From positions 149,358,001-149,422,000 of the forward strand of contig NC_082710.1 in assembly GCF_030144855.1 (NCBI RefSeq): DNA of 64,000 bases. The letters run 5' to 3'. The notes beneath the pieces were generated by a model, which was not told the origin of the DNA, did no database searches, and saw only the letters and a program-made list of their open reading frames with translations. The translations under genes and the position numbers were made by a program. The stretch comes from Hypanus sabinus. Its lineage: Eukaryota. Below are positions 59,713-64,000 of the stretch, piece by piece. Each line of letters starts with the position of its first letter. The first letter of the stretch is position 1.

Positions 59713-60343
59713 AAACACAAGGAAATCTGCAGATGCTGGAAATTCAAACAACAGCACACACAAAATGCTGGTGGAACACAGCAGGCCAGGCAGCATCTAC
59801 AGTGAGAAGCACTGTCAACGTTTCGGGCCGAGACCCTTCATCAGGACTAACCGAAAGGAAAGATAGTAAGAGATTTGAAAGTAGTGGGGGGAGGGGGAAA
59901 TGCAAAATGATAGGAGAAGACTGGAGGGGGTGGGATGAAGCTAAGAGCTGGAAAGGTGATTGGCGAAAGTGATACAGAGCTGGAGAAGGGAAAGGATCAT
60001 GGGACGGGAGGCCTCAGGAGAAGGAAAGGGGGAGGGGAGCACCAGAGGGAGATGGAGAACAGGCAAACAACTAAATATGTCAGGGATGGGGTAAGAAGGG
60101 GAGGAGGGGCATTAACAGAAGTTAGAGAAGTCAATGTTCATGCCATCAGGTTGGAGGCTACCCAGCCGGTATATAAGGTGTTGTTCCTCCAACCTCAGTT
60201 TGGATTCATTTTGACAATAGAGGAGGCCATGGATAGACATATCAGAATGGGAATGGGATGTGGAATTAAAATGTGTGGCCACTGGGAGATCTTGCTTTTT
60301 CTGGCGGACCGAGCGTAGGTGTTCAGCAAAATGGTCTCCCAGT
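59713..60343 (-). mobile_element. Penelope-like 3' fragment inside a CR1 remnant (host ~59500-60700)
   Basis: Near-identical to 19237-19985; imperfect TSD TATT(G/T)TATTTTTGA (59697-59710, 60345-60358). Confidence 0.85.
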
Positions 60344-60899
60344 TTATTTTATTTTTGATGCATTTTATGACAAAATTGATGAATGCAAACTGGTTAACGT
60401 TATTTACATAGATCAGTAAACTTTTTGAGAAGGTCCTGCATGGTAAGCTGCTGCAGAGGTTCAGGATCTGAGTTGTATTGGTGAACTGGGTGTAGAGTTG
60501 GTCTGGTGGTAGGAGGCAGTGTGGTTGTGGATGGGTATTTATCTGATTGAGTCTGTAACAATGTCGCACAGGGTTCATTGCTGGGACCTTTGTTGTTTGT
60601 AAAATACATCAATAGCACAGAACTTGGTGCAGTTGCAGACAATAAAGAAGGTCATCTAAGGATCAAGAAACATCAAGGATTAGGGCAAGAGTCAAGGATC
60701 ATAGACAAGCTATGTTCCCACAAAATCATTCAGAATCTTCACCAACCAGGAGCCCTGGATGAACCATGAACCACAATCTGCTGAGGACCAGATCAGTCAT
60801 GTTCAGGTCTGGTGACTATGATCCCCAGAAAGTGGGGTTGGGGTAAGCCGGGCATGGTACTACGTGCAAAGTGACAGTTCTGGACCAGACTCGAGTCAC

Positions 60900-62710
60900 T
60901 GCAGGATGCTCGGCTGTTGTAACAGGTTTATCACATGTACAAAGTGAAACCAAGTGACTTGGGTGACAACAGGGTTTCGCTCCCAGATGAGCTCAATGTC
61001 TTCTAAGCTCGCACTGAGCAGCAAAACATGGAGACATCCTCATGAAATCCCACAGCCCCCGGTGATCCTGTGACTTCAGTCTCTGTGCTGACTTGAAAGC
61101 ATCTTTCAGGTGGGTGAACACGCAGAAGCATCCAGCCCTGCCTGAGCAGTGAAGTCCTGTACTGATCTACCGGCTGGAGTATTCACTTATAATGTTAACC
61201 TCTTGTTTCCTGAGGTTACCAGCTGCTTCAAGGAGGCTACAATTATACCGGTGCCTAAGAAAAATGTGGTAACCTGCCTCAATGACTATCACCCAGTAGC
61301 ACATACATCCACCCTGATGAAGTGCTTTGAGATGTTGGTGATGGATCACTTCACCTCCTGTCTGAGAAGTGGCTTGTATCTGCTTCAATTTGCCTACCCT
61401 CACAAGAGGTCAACAGCAGATGCCATTTCATTGGCTCTTCACTCAATCCTGGAACATATGGACAATGGAGATGTACACATAGGATGTCTTTTATTGACTT
61501 TAGCTTGGCATTCAATACTATCATCCACTCTAATCAATAAGCTTCAAGACCTAAGCCTTAATGCCTCCTGTGCCACTGGATCCACTACTTCCTCAGTTGC
61601 AGACCCCAGTCAATTCAGATTAGCAACATCTCCTCCACAATCACCGTCAGCACAGGTGCACCACCAGGCTGTGTGCTCTGCTCACTTTACACATATGGAC
61701 TGTGGCACTAAGCACAGCTCCAATGCCACATTTAACTTTGGTGATAAAACCACTGTTGCTAGCCGAATCAAAGGTGGTGACAAATCAGCATATAGGAGGG
61801 AGACTGAAAATCTAGCTGCGTAGTGGCACGACAACAACCTCTCGATGTCAGCAAGATCAAGGATCTGATTATTGACTGCCGCAGGAGGAAACCTGCGGTC
61901 CGTGAGCTGGTCCTCATTAGGGAATCAAAGGTGGAAAGGCTCAGCAATTTTAAATTCCTCGGTGTTATAGCTTCAGAGGATCTGTACTGAGTCCAGCACA
62001 TAAGTACCATTACAAATGAAGTATAGCACCACCTCTACTTTCTTAGAAGTTTGCAAAGATTCGTCATGTCGTCTTAAACTTGGACAGATTTCTGTAGATG
62101 TGCGGCAGAGAGTATGTTGACTGGTGTTATCGCAGCCTAGTATGGAAATACCAATACTTTGAACAGAAGAGACTACAGAAATGGTGGATATGGCGCAGTC
62201 TAAAAGGGGTAAAGCCCTCCCATTGATCACATCAACATGGAGTGCTGTTACAGGAAAGCAGCATCCATCGGGAAGGACCCTCACCATCCAGTCCATGCTC
62301 TCTTCTTGCTGCTGCCATCAGAAAGGAGGGACAGAAGCCTCAGGGCCCACATCACCAGATTCAGGAACAGTTATTTCCCCTCAACTATCAGGCTCCCAAA
62401 CCAGTGGGCATAACTTCACTCAACCTCATTCACCCCCTTAACTGAACATCTCCCACAACCGATGGACTATGCTCAGGGACTCTTCGTCTCATGCTCTTGA
62501 TATTTATTGTTTATTATTATTATTATTATTATTATTTTATTTTTCTCTTTTTGTATTTGCACAGTCTGTTGTCTTATGCATATTGATTGTTTGTCCTTGT
62601 CGTTGGGTCTGGTTTTTCATTGATTCTACTGAGTTTCCTTGTATTTGCTGAAAATGCCCACAAGAAAATGAATCTCAGGGTTGTACATGGAGATATAAAT
62701 TTACTTTGAA
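60900..62710 (+). mobile_element. Rex1/Babar-like LINE, degenerate RT to 3' UTR
   Basis: CFKEATIIPVPKK...LNDYHPVA...LMKCFEMLV...STADAISLALH; (ATT)n in the 3' UTR. Confidence 0.88.
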
Positions 62711-62946
62711 TTTCGAACTTTTGGAGGAATGAATAAATCAGATGGAAGATTGAGTGGCGCTGAGGCAGATAGAATTTGATCGAATTAATTATGCACTGTG
62801 GGATGCCAGATTCTGTTAGCAGGTAGGGAGTTAATGGTCCAGGTGGATCTCCGCCGTGGACTAAGAGCATGAAAGTTTCTGTCAATGCGATCTTCTCTCA
62901 TTCTACCATTCCCGGCAACAAATGGAGCGAATTAGAGCTCTAGCCC

Positions 62947-63069
62947 GAAATGAAAGATTTCCAAGCGATTCGAATTTCGCAGACTTGCTCCGCCTAGAGA
63001 CTAATGACGCAAACAGGTATGAAGAGCAGGTACGAATCATGATTGGGGTACGTTAACGCGCCGACCAAT
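62947..63069 (+). promoter_or_regulatory. Class I promoter of gene D: ISRE-like, X1/X2, Y box, CCAAT
   Basis: GAAATGAAAG 62947-62956; CCTAGAGACTAATGACGC to 63010; ATTGG 63042-63046; CCAAT 63065-63069. Confidence 0.7.
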
Positions 63070-63213
63070 GGCGTTAATGCAGAGCGGGGATGAGCCCGCC
63101 CGACGCCGGGCGGAATAGGAAGATTTTTGGCAGCCGTGAGCCGAGTTGGATTGCACCGTGCGCTGGTGGAGGACTGGGAAACTTGAGACAGCGCTGACAA
63201 TGATAGAGTAACG

Positions 63214-63262
63214 ATGCCGCGTGTACTACTGCTGGCACTCCTTTGTGGAGGGGTCTCCGCAG
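63214..63262 (+). CDS. MHC class I gene D leader exon (rest of gene off-window)
   Basis: MPRVLLLALLCGGVSA G|gtgggt; following intron homologous to 31193-31520. Confidence 0.9.
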
Positions 63263-64000
63263 GTGGGTGAGAAGTCAATGGGACACCCAGATCCTGGTCA
63301 GTGACAGGCTGGACACAGGGTAACATACCCCCAGATAGGGGTTGAGCAGCTGGGAAGACGGTAACAGGCCCTGATCTGACCGCTCATACTGAGCTCAGTG
63401 GGTATCAGCTAGGGGGTGGGGGGGGGGGGGAGTTGGTGGTAGGCTGTTGGAATCCAGAAACTGCGCACGGGGTGAAGAGGGCGGGGAGAGATGACATAAC
63501 CTCGGCACTTTCACTGACCTGGGCCTGAAGTGTGTCACTGAACAAGTGGACAGTGGGACACCAGGGATCCGGTTAGCACTGGGGTTTGCGGAGTGGCACA
63601 GGAAGAGACCATTCGGTCCTCTCTACAGTGCTATGCAAATTTCTTAGGGACATATCTACAGCTGGGATGCCCAAGATTTTTGCACAGTTCTCTACTTGTT
63701 TAAGTGGAGTGGAGAGCGAGTTTGTCAATCTGGCGAGAGCAGAGGATGTTGGGAATGACGAGGGTGGAGCGCCGCGGGAGGGGTATGGGACAGGTGGCAG
63801 AGAAGGAGAGCCAGGGGCGGTGGGTGGTGCAAGTACAGACACACCCCCATTTGATTCCAAACAACTGGTTTTTTGATCACTACAGAATGTTTTTCTTTCT
63901 TCCTGCTCCCGCCGCTCTTCCTGCACCTTTCACACTCTTAGTCCCATATCAGAATCAGGTTTATAATCACTCACATATGTCGTGAAATTTGTTTTTTCCT

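Overview
Vertebrate genomic DNA, most likely a cartilaginous fish (inferred from HE1/V-SINE-like, CR1, Penelope and Rex1 repeats and a shark-type class I tail). It holds a tandem cluster of + strand MHC class I heavy-chain genes in dense, nested retroelements. Gene A (alpha1 2704-2964 to stop 15430; leader off-window) has alpha1, alpha2, alpha3, TM and two cytoplasmic exons and keeps all eight classical peptide-anchoring residues. Its intron 2 holds a decayed ~9 kb endogenous retrovirus that carries a CR1, a Tigger-like MITE and a solo LTR. Locus B/C has one promoter and leader (31144-31192) followed by two alpha1-alpha2-alpha3-cyt1 cassettes (B 44964-47924, C 50983-54519). They are separated by a CR1 that sits exactly at the duplication junction. 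Both cassettes lack the TM exon through a shared ~460 bp deletion, C has a stop early in its tail, and all exons are open and phase 1-1. The locus can therefore in principle encode secreted class I chains, including a 562-aa single-chain double class I molecule. This is the most striking feature and needs transcript and long-read confirmation. A further promoter and leader (gene D, 63214-63262) start at the right edge. All alignments and counts were done by eye.
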